61,967 nucleotides of DNA, from the IMG/VR virus record IMGVR_UViG_3300023174_000076. One strand, 5' to 3'. A model generated the notes under the pieces. The model had not been told where the DNA came from, made no database searches, and was given only the letters and a program-made list of their open reading frames with translations. This stretch comes from an uncultured virus (IMG/VR IMGVR_UViG_3300023174_000076) (taxonomy: Duplodnaviria > Heunggongvirae > Uroviricota > Caudoviricetes). Shown one piece after another: positions 49,321 to 58,578 of this stretch (position 1 is the stretch's first letter; each line of letters opens with the position of its first letter). Both the position numbers and the translations under genes were made by a program.

Positions 49321-50974
49321 TAGTTTTTAGAATAGTTGCTGCGGCTGCTGCTTGTCTTAGCAGGCCAGATTTTGCTGCTCCGCCGGCAACATGGGCCGAT
49401 GCTTCAGTCGCCGCTCCTAATAGCCTGCTAGTTGCTCCCGATCTTTGAACAACTTTTCCAACATTATCTTCAATTGTTTCCATAGCTACAGAACTAGCTA
49501 TCTTTGCTTGTGTAGCTGCAGTAGCTCTTTGTATTGGTATTCTTCTTGGAGCACCAGCAATTGTTTTCATTTCTGCGGAAGAACCGACTGCTAATCCCTG
49601 CATAGGGAGTCTTCCTGAATTAGTTTTTAAAACATCATCTATTGTTCCAGTAAAACCAATCCCCTTTGCTCGGCCATATTCTTCTAAATGACTTCCAATT
49701 TCTTTTGAAACAAATTGCCTGTCCCCTTCAATCATGGCATCTAATCCAGGGATTTTTGATGATTCTACGCCAGAATCAATAGCTTTTTTTGTACTATGCA
49801 AATAGGCTTCAAATGGTGTAGCGCCTTTTGGCAATTCGTCCATAGTAACAGGCACGGGTAAACGACTACCTGGGCCGCCAATAAACGTCTCGGTCATTGC
49901 TGGGTTATGCATTTCAACATTAAATCCTCTGTTATCTTGGACATAATCTATTCCATAACGAGCTGCTTTCATTCTCTCTTCTGATTGATGCATCATTGTG
50001 CCAATATCAAGCACTCTTCCATACTTTTGATTCATCCCAGATATTCTTCTTAGCGGATCGGATAAACTTTCTACGCCTATATGCTGCGGTTGAACAATCA
50101 TAGCCTCAATATCGTGCATTCCTACACCAAGTGTCATGGTTTCAAATCGACGAAAATTATTAACAGAACCTCTACCTGGTATAAAATCGTTTGCAGATTT
50201 AATGTGCTCCAAACCTGAGCGACTAGCCTGAGCAGATATATGTTCTGAATCGGTGCCCACAAGAACGGATGCTTGAGTGCCTTCCGATATTTGAGATAAT
50301 GGAATTGTAGGATTTTTATCACCTAAGTAATCTCCGGAGGTTATTCTAGTTCTATCAGCAACTTCTCGTCTAAGAATTATTTTTTCACCCTCCAAACGCG
50401 TTTCTTTATCATAACCAAAAGCAGAGAATCCCGTTTGTCCCTTCTCGACGGTCGCCCCATAGGCATATCTGTGCATGATGGGGATGTTCTCCCCATAAGT
50501 AGCTCTAAGTTCATTTGCGCGAACTTCAGATAAACTTCTTGGAATATTTTCTCCACTTGTAGGCCTTAGCCCAGGTATTGGATCCTTTTGTCCTTGTGTT
50601 GCATTGTAGTATGGTAATCCTTGTTCAAGTTCTGCATTAGCACGTATTTCTGCTAAATTAATTTCGTCAACCAAACCCCCAGTGTGGCCAACGCCCTTAA
50701 GGTCATGGGGTGTCAAAACAACTCCAGAAGCTAATATTTTTCCTGATGTACCACGCCTAGCGTGAACTAAAGATCTTTCATCACGACTTGCAGCCCATTG
50801 CCCTAATGCATTCTTTAGCCCGGGATCTGGGGCTTGAGGGATTAACCTTTTAGCTGCTTCAGATAACTCAGAATAACCTGGGGCTGAGACTGAAAGAGCT
50901 TGTCTGATAGCGGAGGTTCTTCTAGATGAAATCTGAGATGCACTATTATAGAACTGGTCAATTGTTGCTGCCAT
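49313..50974 (-). CDS. Hypothetical protein (553 aa), possibly late/virion-associated
   Basis: AAGGA RBS; own TACTATA motif at 51006-51012 (minus strand); Ala/Gly-rich; higher GC. Confidence 0.6.
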   Translation of the reverse strand: MAATIDQFYNSASQISSRRTSAIRQALSVSAPGYSELSEAAKRLIPQAPDPGLKNALGQWAASRDERSLVHARRGTSGKILASGVVLTPHDLKGVGHTGGLVDEINLAEIRANAELEQGLPYYNATQGQKDPIPGLRPTSGENIPRSLSEVRANELRATYGENIPIMHRYAYGATVEKGQTGFSAFGYDKETRLEGEKIILRREVADRTRITSGDYLGDKNPTIPLSQISEGTQASVLVGTDSEHISAQASRSGLEHIKSANDFIPGRGSVNNFRRFETMTLGVGMHDIEAMIVQPQHIGVESLSDPLRRISGMNQKYGRVLDIGTMMHQSEERMKAARYGIDYVQDNRGFNVEMHNPAMTETFIGGPGSRLPVPVTMDELPKGATPFEAYLHSTKKAIDSGVESSKIPGLDAMIEGDRQFVSKEIGSHLEEYGRAKGIGFTGTIDDVLKTNSGRLPMQGLAVGSSAEMKTIAGAPRRIPIQRATAATQAKIASSVAMETIEDNVGKVVQRSGATSRLLGAATEASAHVAGGAAKSGLLRQAAAAATILKTIT

Positions 50975-50994
50975 GAGAATCCTTACGGGGTTAC

Positions 50995-51012
50995 TACTAT
51001 ATGTTTATAGTA
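50995..51012. promoter_or_regulatory. Inverted pair of TACTATA motifs between divergent genes
   Basis: TACTATA-tgtt-TATAGTA. Confidence 0.5.
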
Positions 51013-51032
51013 GCACATCTAGGAGGTGTATC

Positions 51033-51248
51033 GTGGCCGGTAAAAAACCAGCAAAAGTTAATTCTGGTGGGAAAATTAAACAAGAAGATAGACCAGGTAA
51101 AGCCACTCTTTACGTAGCTGGATCTAAAGCTCAAAAAAATATATGTCCAAATTGCAAAAAAGAAACAAGAAAAGGCATTGTTTATGAGCATCAGGCATCA
51201 TTGTATTGCAGCAGAGGTTGCATAGCAGCTGGTGGAGTGGTACTATAG
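51033..51248 (+). CDS. Small zinc-finger protein
   Basis: GTG after AGGAGG; CPNC...YCSRGC. Confidence 0.6.
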   Translation: MAGKKPAKVNSGGKIKQEDRPGKATLYVAGSKAQKNICPNCKKETRKGIVYEHQASLYCSRGCIAAGGVVL

Positions 51249-51252
51249 CACT

Positions 51253-51633
51253 ATGCAAAATTACTGGCTTTCAGATATTGACTATCAAAAATCGTTAGTT
51301 AAAAATATTAACGAGATGAAAGATGGGCAGATGCAGGGCAAGGTCGCTCCAGCTGAAAGAGAATTCGCTGATTCTTTATTATCAATTGCAAAAAAATACG
51401 GCAAGCTTTCGAATAATGACGGTAACGGGATTTGGGTTGGTTACGTCCCTGAAGCAGAAAATGACAACTACGAAATTGGAGTACGTTGCGAAAATTGCAT
51501 TCTTCATGAATCAAAGTCAGTTTGTAAAATTATCAAACAAAGAATCCAACCTGGAGGATATTGCAGACTAGCTGCTATACCAGACGGAGTTGTAGGATCA
51601 TCTAAAGATGATGATGATTCAGATGAAGAATAA
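51253..51633 (+). CDS. Protein with a HiPIP-like Cys motif
   Basis: RCENC...VCKII...IQPGGYC; ATG 5 nt after TACTATA at 51241. Confidence 0.55.
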   Translation: MQNYWLSDIDYQKSLVKNINEMKDGQMQGKVAPAEREFADSLLSIAKKYGKLSNNDGNGIWVGYVPEAENDNYEIGVRCENCILHESKSVCKIIKQRIQPGGYCRLAAIPDGVVGSSKDDDDSDEE

Positions 51634-51648
51634 GTTTATAGATAAACA

Positions 51649-51897
51649 ATGAAAGTGTGGATAGACCAAGACCTATGTACTGGAGATGGACTTTGCGCAG
51701 AGATAGCACCAGATGTGTTTACGATGATGCCCGATGGTTTAGCCTATGTACGAGAAGGAGAAAAAATATTTGCCTCATCTGTGGGAAATCCAGAAGGCGC
51801 AGCTGGTTTAGCATCCTTTTCGGACGATAGGCTTGATGACGTAATTGAAGCGGCAGAAGATTGCCCAGGCGAGTGTATCTTTATTGAAGTTGACTAG
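51649..51897 (+). CDS. Ferredoxin (actinobacterial single-cluster type)
   Basis: MKVWIDQDLCTGDGLCAEIAPDVF...EAAEDCPGECI. Confidence 0.92.
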   Translation: MKVWIDQDLCTGDGLCAEIAPDVFTMMPDGLAYVREGEKIFASSVGNPEGAAGLASFSDDRLDDVIEAAEDCPGECIFIEVD

Positions 51898-52090
51898 GAG
51901 TATAGTATGAATCAAGAAAACTATTATGACCCTGAAAAACCAGAAGAATATGTTTATGATCCAGAAAATCTTAATGAATTTTTTGAGTATTTGTGGAAAA
52001 AAGAAAAAGATTTTTTAGATTCAATTGGAGTAGAATCTTCCAAATAATCCATAATCATTTACTATACCCTATATCATATTAAGGGGATTT

Positions 52091-52348
52091 ATGGAACAAG
52101 TCAAAAATATAGTAATGCGCATTGTAGCCACTTTCGCGGCCTCTGGTCTTGGCGTGATCGGTGCTGGAACAATAGCTGGTGTGCCACTCTGGAAAGCAAT
52201 TTTTATGGCCGGCATTGCTGGTGTAGCAACGGTTGTTGAAGGTTTGTCTAGAGCATTTTTAGATGACGGTAAATTATCTGTAGCTGAAATTAATCAAGTA
52301 TTCAATGGTGTTGACAAGAGTTCTAAAAAAGCTGCAGATGCAAAATGA
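52091..52348 (+). CDS. Small two-TM membrane protein, holin-like
   Basis: Two hydrophobic helices, charged C-terminus, upstream TACTATA at 52060. Confidence 0.5.
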   Translation: MEQVKNIVMRIVATFAASGLGVIGAGTIAGVPLWKAIFMAGIAGVATVVEGLSRAFLDDGKLSVAEINQVFNGVDKSSKKAADAK

Positions 52349-52560
52349 AGAGACTATCTTTAGTAGCTGGAATTTTGATTTTATCCGCATGTGGATACAA
52401 TGGAAATTACAGATACTCATGTCAAGATCCAGAAAATTGGGAAGCAAAAGAGTGCAGCCCGCCATTGTGCAGGGTCGATGGCGCATGCACAGAAACCTTG
52501 TTGGGCTTCAACCCAAGCGAAACAACAATACAAATAACACAGGAGACAGTCGCCCCATGA
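52345..52560 (+). CDS. Small lipoprotein
   Basis: MKR plus hydrophobic stretch plus lipobox LSAC; four further Cys. Confidence 0.65.
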   Translation: MKRLSLVAGILILSACGYNGNYRYSCQDPENWEAKECSPPLCRVDGACTETLLGFNPSETTIQITQETVAP

Positions 52561-52838
52561 AAAAGCGTTTAACCCCAGCAGAACTAGATGCACGTCTTAA
52601 GTTTGTGATAGGATGCATGCTGGGCGCAGTTCTTTTAATTACTACCTTCTTCATTCTTTATGCACTTGTGTTTGTTACACAACCAATTGGTGCTCAAGCC
52701 GAGAATGACAAGATGTTCTTTGGGGTTCTTTCATCAGTCGCAACCTTTATTACTGGAACGCTTGCTGGCCTTATGATTTCCACTGGCAGAAATGCTGAAG
52801 ACAAAAACGGAAATGGAATTCCAGACGACGAAGAGTAA
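52557..52838 (+). CDS. Two-TM membrane protein
   Basis: ATGA overlap, AGGAG RBS; ends in an EF-hand-like DKNGNGIPDDE. Confidence 0.6.
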   Translation: MKKRLTPAELDARLKFVIGCMLGAVLLITTFFILYALVFVTQPIGAQAENDKMFFGVLSSVATFITGTLAGLMISTGRNAEDKNGNGIPDDEE

Positions 52839-52839
52839 C

Positions 52840-53445
52840 ATGAATATCTCACCAGAGATGCGTGCGTGGAATACATGTTTACCGGAAGACTTGTGGATTT
52901 TTGATAAATTAATTGTTGCCAAAAAAGCTGGTCACTTATGTGGACCACGTGGAATTCCAGTTCCAAAACCTGGTGAATATTTTGTAAAACCAGTGATTAA
53001 TATTGAAGGTATGGGAGAAAGAGCTCGAGTAGAATATCTCGAACAAGATACATACCATCTTCACCCTGGAGAATTCTGGTGCGAAATATTTACCGGTGAA
53101 CATATTAGTATTGACTACGAGAAGTATAAACCAGTCTTATCTGTTGTCGGAACTAAGCACCGAGATCATCCATACAAAAGATTTACCTATTGGCAAAGGA
53201 CAGAACAGACGCATCCCCTTCCACAATTCTTAAGTTTTATTCCACTTAGATACGCAAAAATTAATTGTGAGTTTATTGGTGGAAAATTAATTGAGATACA
53301 CCTTCGTGGTAACTCTGACTTCTCACATGGTAACTCATCAATGATCCCAGTCTGGAACGATGAACAAGACCCTAATCCGGAAGGTTATACTTTTATTAGT
53401 GATAACGGGGAAGAGCTAGAACGCTTAGGAATTTGGATTCGTTAG
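52840..53445 (+). CDS. ATP-grasp-like phage protein
   Basis: YFVKPVINIEGMG, FWCEIFTGEHISID, NCEFIGGKLIEIHLR. Confidence 0.55.
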   Translation: MNISPEMRAWNTCLPEDLWIFDKLIVAKKAGHLCGPRGIPVPKPGEYFVKPVINIEGMGERARVEYLEQDTYHLHPGEFWCEIFTGEHISIDYEKYKPVLSVVGTKHRDHPYKRFTYWQRTEQTHPLPQFLSFIPLRYAKINCEFIGGKLIEIHLRGNSDFSHGNSSMIPVWNDEQDPNPEGYTFISDNGEELERLGIWIR

Positions 53446-53527
53446 TTTTGAGAAAATAAACTCTTTTTAGCATACTTGGCAATTCCATATAATAGCATGT
53501 TTTCAACATTTTATGGTAAACTAGGGT

Positions 53528-54337
53528 GTGATATATTTTTGCCATATCCCAAGGACATCTGGGACATCAGTATCCAATGCTGTGTATGATTCTTTTAATA
53601 AAGTATTGCGCATTCCTATTAAGCCTGACCTTGAGAAGTTTGATCCTCACGTGATTAAGGGAATAAATAAAACAGATTACCAATCTTTTTTGAAAGAATG
53701 TTATTTAAACATAGATTTTTTTTATGGACATCATTTTTTCAGCCCATACATTGAACCCTATAGTGAAAGTCTAGAAACGTTTTCTATTATTAGAAATCCA
53801 TTAGAAAGAATGATTAGTGAATTCTATTATTATAATAGAAATGTTAGTGATTCACGTTGGAAAAATAATAAAATTCATCAAATAAAAAACTTTTTATATT
53901 CACCCAATAACCTTTCACAATGTTATTGGCTTTTAGGTGATTATGATTGGGAAAAAATGAAATTAACAAAAAATACTCTTTTTACTCATTGGCTTCAAGG
54001 AAAAGAAATATCTTTTGAGGAAATTTTACAAACAATTAAAAAAGGAAATATAAAACTTTCTACATTAGAAAATAGAACGTATTTGCTAAATGAATTAGAG
54101 GTTTCTTTAAATAAAATAAAAAAAACAAATATTTCTTTAGATAAAGAACTTAAAGTAAATGAAAACTTTAATATTGAAAAAAGACCAGAATTTAATAATC
54201 CAGAATGTTTTCTTTCACAACAAGAAATAGAAACATTTAAAAATCTTTATAGTTTAGATTATCAACTATATAATTATGTTAAAGATCATGAAACAAGAAC
54301 TGGGCGATGTTTAACACCTGATGATATTTTATTTTAA
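53528..54337 (+). CDS. Sulfotransferase (Sulfotransfer_2-like)
   Basis: 5'-PSB-like HIPRTSGTS, 3'-PB RNPLERMIS, C-terminal D..LY. Confidence 0.8.
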   Translation: MIYFCHIPRTSGTSVSNAVYDSFNKVLRIPIKPDLEKFDPHVIKGINKTDYQSFLKECYLNIDFFYGHHFFSPYIEPYSESLETFSIIRNPLERMISEFYYYNRNVSDSRWKNNKIHQIKNFLYSPNNLSQCYWLLGDYDWEKMKLTKNTLFTHWLQGKEISFEEILQTIKKGNIKLSTLENRTYLLNELEVSLNKIKKTNISLDKELKVNENFNIEKRPEFNNPECFLSQQEIETFKNLYSLDYQLYNYVKDHETRTGRCLTPDDILF

Positions 54338-54390
54338 TTTTTCCTATATAAGGTAAAAAGTAGAAAAAAATTTCGAAGGGGTTTTTGGTT

Positions 54391-54561
54391 TTAGACTTTT
54401 TTCCCCACAGCCAAATTGTAAATATCTAATAGCATGTCTTCTAATTCTTGGTGGGTAAATAGTTCTCTATTTTGTTTTGTAATTTCAGACAACAACAATT
54501 CAACAGAAGCCTTAACGCTAGCTAACTTAACATCTTCTTTATCCAAAAGAAGTCTGCTCAT
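54391..54561 (-). CDS. Small hypothetical protein (56 aa)
   Basis: MSRLLLDKEDVKLASVKASVELLLSEITKQNRELFTHQELEDMLLDIYNLAVGKKV; GAGGA RBS. Confidence 0.5.
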   Translation of the reverse strand: MSRLLLDKEDVKLASVKASVELLLSEITKQNRELFTHQELEDMLLDIYNLAVGKKV

Positions 54562-54563
54562 AA

Positions 54564-57500
54564 TTAGTCCTCGTCGTTTTTAAGTAACTGGTGTGCATAG
54601 TGTACTACGCAGGCAGTTATGGTTGAGGCTAAGGCAATTGTTTGGGTTGTTCCGGAAAGTGTGTAGTAAACAACTACGCTACCTGCAAATGTAAATGCAA
54701 GACCAGCAGTTATATCCCACAATTTCTTACCAAAACCTAACCAATTAAATTCTCTCATCTCTATACCCTCCTTGATATAATATTTAAATATACTATTTTT
54801 TGTAAAATTACTATCTTCGTCATCTCCTGGGCCGGCAATCTCTCCAGCCATTTCTTCTTCTTCATTCTTTTTAGCTACATTGTTATTAGTACCGCTAGGA
54901 CCGTTAGAGTTCCCTCCTCCAGAAGAGCCTCCAGAGCCTCCAGCAGCGCCTGTGGCAGCCGTTATTGCAGCAACTGCTGTAGTGGCTGCTATAAGCGTTC
55001 TACGAGCTCCTACGTTGACCTCAGAGCCAAGGGCAACATAGTCATCAAAGCCATCTCCATAGATGTCGACCTCTTCTTCAAGGGCTTCTTTAATATCGTT
55101 TGGTGCATTAGTAAGAGCTGCAGCCAATTCAGCTTCTTGTTCTGGCGTTACGTTTGTCACATCTAATGCAGCAAACACCTCGGTAGCTTGGTCTGGGGTT
55201 ATGCTTTCTAGAACCTTAGGACTTGCCGAAAGTGCAGCTGACTGACCTGGATCAATGCCACCCTCTTGACCCGTGATCAAGTCAACGACTTGTGATACTT
55301 GATCATTTGTAATCGTGTCTGACTCAAGGACATCCACGATGACACCGACCGATTCGGCATTTAATTCATTGCCCAAAACGGCGGTAAAGGTTTCAATCAA
55401 AACCTCAGTACTTACAGATTCGTCAAAGACTGCACCGAGAGCAGCACCCAAATTCTCTGCGGTTAGACCGTTTTTCAAAACATCAACGATGAGGTCAATG
55501 GTTTCTGCATCCGATAGGTCGTTGTCAAAAACATTGTCAAACACTGCTTCTGCTTCTGACTTGCTCAGAGTTGTTTCAAGCAAGTCTCCAAGCACTGTCT
55601 TGGTGTCCTCAATGGAAATGTCTTCGTCAAATACTGCACCCATGACTTTTGATATGTCTGCACCACTTGCTGGACCATCAAAGATTGAACTGAGTGCGGA
55701 AACCATGGCTTCTGGAGATGTTGTTTCCGAGAATGCAGCATCAAGAACTTTGTCCAACTCTTTGTCGCTAAGGTCGGCACCAAGCATCGTTGTTAGTGCT
55801 TCGGTGAAAACTTCACTAGAGACATCTTCGGAGAACACTGCATCAAGAACCTTTGTGAATTCTTTATCGGTCAAGTCTGCCTCTAGGAAAGAATCAATAA
55901 CTGCACCAACATCTGCGCCGGGTTCTTCAAGTGAACCAAGGGCCGCGTCTACCACTGCGTCAAACTGTTTTGGTGTTAAGTCGGCATCAAGGAGTCCATC
56001 AAGTACGGCAGTCACTTCTTCCGATGATGCATCTGGGGTGAATGCATTATCCAAAATGCCTGCAAGGTCACCCGTGGATATTGCTTCTCCTGCCTCTGGG
56101 AGGGTAACCTCACCTGGTGGAATTATTACTACTACCGTTTCGGGTTCTGTTCCAACTGGTGGAATTACTATTCCTGGCAGTGCGGTTTCTGGTTCTGTTC
56201 CTACGGGAAGCGTCACCGTTGTGGATTCTGTTTCAGGCTCTGGTAATTGCGGCAGTGGCACTGTTGTATCGTCTGGGGGAGTCACGACGACAGGAGAGAC
56301 GCTTGTACTGGTCGTCCCAGTATCAACAGGTGGAATAACAACAACAACTGGCGGTACATAAACGGTAGTTGTAGTTGTAGTTGGAACAGTAGTGGTAGTC
56401 GTAGTACTGGTAGTACTGGTTGTAGTAGTAGAAGAAGTAGTTGTAGTGGTTGTGGTAATTGTGTTACCAGACTCCGCATACCCAGAGCCCGAGAAATTGT
56501 TTGTGTTGGCAGAAGTATTACCAAATGTATTTCCACTGGCTGTAGAGAACGAGTTCGCACTTACTCCGTTGTATACCGAAGAGCCGGTATTCCAATTGTT
56601 GGCAAACTGAATAGCAGTCGTATTGCCATTGAATGTATTACCTGAAACCGTTTGGTTACCAGCACCAACCGCCCAACCCGTCGGAATCCATGAAGAGAAA
56701 TACACGCCTGTACCGTTTGAAGTAAATGTTGAGTTAGTTACCTGCTGACGGTTAAGACCGCCTAGTTCTGCACCAACCTGTGTGTTGCTAATAAATTGGG
56801 TGTTGTTTATTTTGAAGAATCTTTCTCCAGATATTCCATAAGTATTATTAGAAAAAACCGAATCATAAACATATGTGCGGTTTGTGTAATCGGAATCCGT
56901 TTGGCTTAAAGCCGATGGCGTCGAACCATAGTCTCCAGCAATACCTATATATAGGTAATCAAATGTCGTATTTGTAAGAGTAGATACAGAGCCTCCTCCA
57001 TTATTAAACACGGCAGAGCCGGCTGTCATCCCTGTAAAGCGAACATTAGTTGAAGAGAAAGTACCTGCACCGTTATTCACAAGACCACCGTTGGTGGCTT
57101 GTCCTTGCTTTAAAGTCATGTTTGAAATGGTTAGAGACTTCGTACTTGCAATATTAAACGGGCGATAGAGATTGTTTCCATCAATTATTGTCTGTGTTCT
57201 TCCGTTTCCTGTGACTGTGAGGTTTTGTGTAACTTGAGGAAGCGCACTAGTCAGAGTGATTGTGCCATCAATATTAAAAGTGATTGCATCGTAGATACCA
57301 CCAGCATTTGCATTCGCTTGGGTAATTGCCCAACGAAGAGTTCCGCTTGAGGTTGTGTCATCAAGGCTTGTCACCACCAAAGAAGAAGCAGGAGGCAATG
57401 TAGTAGTTGTAGTTGTAGTTGTAGTAGTTGTACTACTGGTAGTAGTGGTTTGAGCAATAGTAGTTGTAGTTGTAGTTGTAGGGGGAACCGTTGGGGCGGT

Positions 57501-58454
57501 TTCGCTATTTGAAGGAACTCCGCCAAAAGATGCACAGGTACCAGAAATACAACGGTTCGTCGAACCAGCTTCGCTATCAACCATCAATCCTGGTGGCAAA
57601 CCTTGGTCATCCAAGTTGAACGAGGCAAAACCAAGTTTATATGTACCAGTTATAGAGACTTCATATGTTGAAGTTTGCCAACCAGTAGAACTAAATGAGT
57701 TCGTTGAGTAGTCGCCAGTTCCGGGATTGGTGAATCCAAGAAGTGCGTATTGCTTGACATAGTTGTTTACCGTTACTACTGGAGTTCCAGTAACAGTCAC
57801 GGGAACGAGTGAAGTTATGGAGCCATCATTGTAAGGAACATAGTCGGTTCCGACATAGTTCCACGCCATTGTGTAGGTCGTGCCTGCCGTCAGTTGCACC
57901 TCACGAGTTATCCATGCCGCGTCCGTCGGTGTACCTCCGCCATTGCCTGATGCTTGCGCCTGCGATGTAAGCATGTTTTTGATTTCTGTCACCGAGCCAG
58001 CCGAAAGACCTAAAGCACTTGCCGATTGGTCAAAAGTCTGCTCACCTTTGGGTTGAAGCAGAACAGCGTTTGTTCCGTTATTGGGGGAGAATGTCCAACT
58101 GCCAGAAGCAACTGCTGGTGCGTAGTACGGGCTAGACGGACTTCCAACAGCACCCCTAGAGCCGTGAGTAAAAGTACGAGAACCAGTAAATATGGTTACA
58201 CCAGAACCGTTGCCAGTTATGGTGCTGCCTAATGTTCCAGATTGAGTTCCTTTATTCCAGCCTGTGAAAGTTCCATCCTCGAATCCAGTATTAGGGATAG
58301 TGGCTGCTTGAACTGGTGTAGCTACCGGCATAAACATAGCTATCGAAAAAGCTGGAACTAATATCCAAGCGCCTTTACGAAAGCGTATGCGACTACCACG
58401 GTCACTACTTTTAATTTTTTTTAGCGCATAGCTAAGCTTATCTAAAATATTCAA
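54564..58454 (-). CDS. Large secreted, membrane-anchored surface protein (lectin-like domain, beta-helix, Thr-rich linkers, acidic helical repeats, C-terminal TMs)
   Basis: Signal peptide ending VQA, NTGFEDG, VVTSLDD..SGTLRWAI, N/T/F-rich beta-helix repeats, poly-Thr, two C-terminal TM helices. Confidence 0.75.
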   Translation of the reverse strand: MNILDKLSYALKKIKSSDRGSRIRFRKGAWILVPAFSIAMFMPVATPVQAATIPNTGFEDGTFTGWNKGTQSGTLGSTITGNGSGVTIFTGSRTFTHGSRGAVGSPSSPYYAPAVASGSWTFSPNNGTNAVLLQPKGEQTFDQSASALGLSAGSVTEIKNMLTSQAQASGNGGGTPTDAAWITREVQLTAGTTYTMAWNYVGTDYVPYNDGSITSLVPVTVTGTPVVTVNNYVKQYALLGFTNPGTGDYSTNSFSSTGWQTSTYEVSITGTYKLGFASFNLDDQGLPPGLMVDSEAGSTNRCISGTCASFGGVPSNSETAPTVPPTTTTTTTIAQTTTTSSTTTTTTTTTTTLPPASSLVVTSLDDTTSSGTLRWAITQANANAGGIYDAITFNIDGTITLTSALPQVTQNLTVTGNGRTQTIIDGNNLYRPFNIASTKSLTISNMTLKQGQATNGGLVNNGAGTFSSTNVRFTGMTAGSAVFNNGGGSVSTLTNTTFDYLYIGIAGDYGSTPSALSQTDSDYTNRTYVYDSVFSNNTYGISGERFFKINNTQFISNTQVGAELGGLNRQQVTNSTFTSNGTGVYFSSWIPTGWAVGAGNQTVSGNTFNGNTTAIQFANNWNTGSSVYNGVSANSFSTASGNTFGNTSANTNNFSGSGYAESGNTITTTTTTTSSTTTTSTTSTTTTTTVPTTTTTTVYVPPVVVVIPPVDTGTTSTSVSPVVVTPPDDTTVPLPQLPEPETESTTVTLPVGTEPETALPGIVIPPVGTEPETVVVIIPPGEVTLPEAGEAISTGDLAGILDNAFTPDASSEEVTAVLDGLLDADLTPKQFDAVVDAALGSLEEPGADVGAVIDSFLEADLTDKEFTKVLDAVFSEDVSSEVFTEALTTMLGADLSDKELDKVLDAAFSETTSPEAMVSALSSIFDGPASGADISKVMGAVFDEDISIEDTKTVLGDLLETTLSKSEAEAVFDNVFDNDLSDAETIDLIVDVLKNGLTAENLGAALGAVFDESVSTEVLIETFTAVLGNELNAESVGVIVDVLESDTITNDQVSQVVDLITGQEGGIDPGQSAALSASPKVLESITPDQATEVFAALDVTNVTPEQEAELAAALTNAPNDIKEALEEEVDIYGDGFDDYVALGSEVNVGARRTLIAATTAVAAITAATGAAGGSGGSSGGGNSNGPSGTNNNVAKKNEEEEMAGEIAGPGDDEDSNFTKNSIFKYYIKEGIEMREFNWLGFGKKLWDITAGLAFTFAGSVVVYYTLSGTTQTIALASTITACVVHYAHQLLKNDED
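56364..56458 (-). repeat. Thr-codon low-complexity tract (GTAGTT-like)
   Basis: Encodes TTTTTTTSSTTTTSTTSTTTTTTVPTTTTTT. Confidence 0.8.
57398..57480 (-). repeat. Second Thr-codon low-complexity tract
   Basis: (GTAGTT)n encoding poly-Thr. Confidence 0.8.
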
Positions 58455-58502
58455 CCGACATCCCCTTCAGTTAGACATACCTAATAGTAACTAAGGGGTA
58501 AC

Positions 58503-58542
58503 AAAAAAGATCCCCAACTTATTTAAAAGTCAGGGATCTTTT
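58503..58542 (-). terminator. Intrinsic (possibly bidirectional) terminator
   Basis: AAAAGATCCC...GGGATCTTTT inverted repeat with A/T tails. Confidence 0.7.
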
Positions 58543-58578
58543 ACGCTATTGAGCGTCGGTTTCCGTAGGGTTATTATA

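Noticed and set aside
52305..52556. ORF-track N-terminal extension of the 177-aa ORF, suggesting a fully nested gene pair
   Set aside because: An AGGAG RBS and ATGA coupling point to a start at 52557, so the overlap with the lipoprotein is only 4 nt.
55315..56361. 348-aa plus-strand ORF, and others antisense to the surface protein
   Set aside because: Shadow ORFs produced by the repetitive, GC-richer codons of the real minus-strand gene; Ser/Thr-rich with no RBS.
56364..57480. GTAGTT tandem repeats as a CRISPR array or DNA-level repeat element
   Set aside because: No repeat-spacer structure; they are Thr codons within a CDS. No CRISPR array was seen anywhere in the window.
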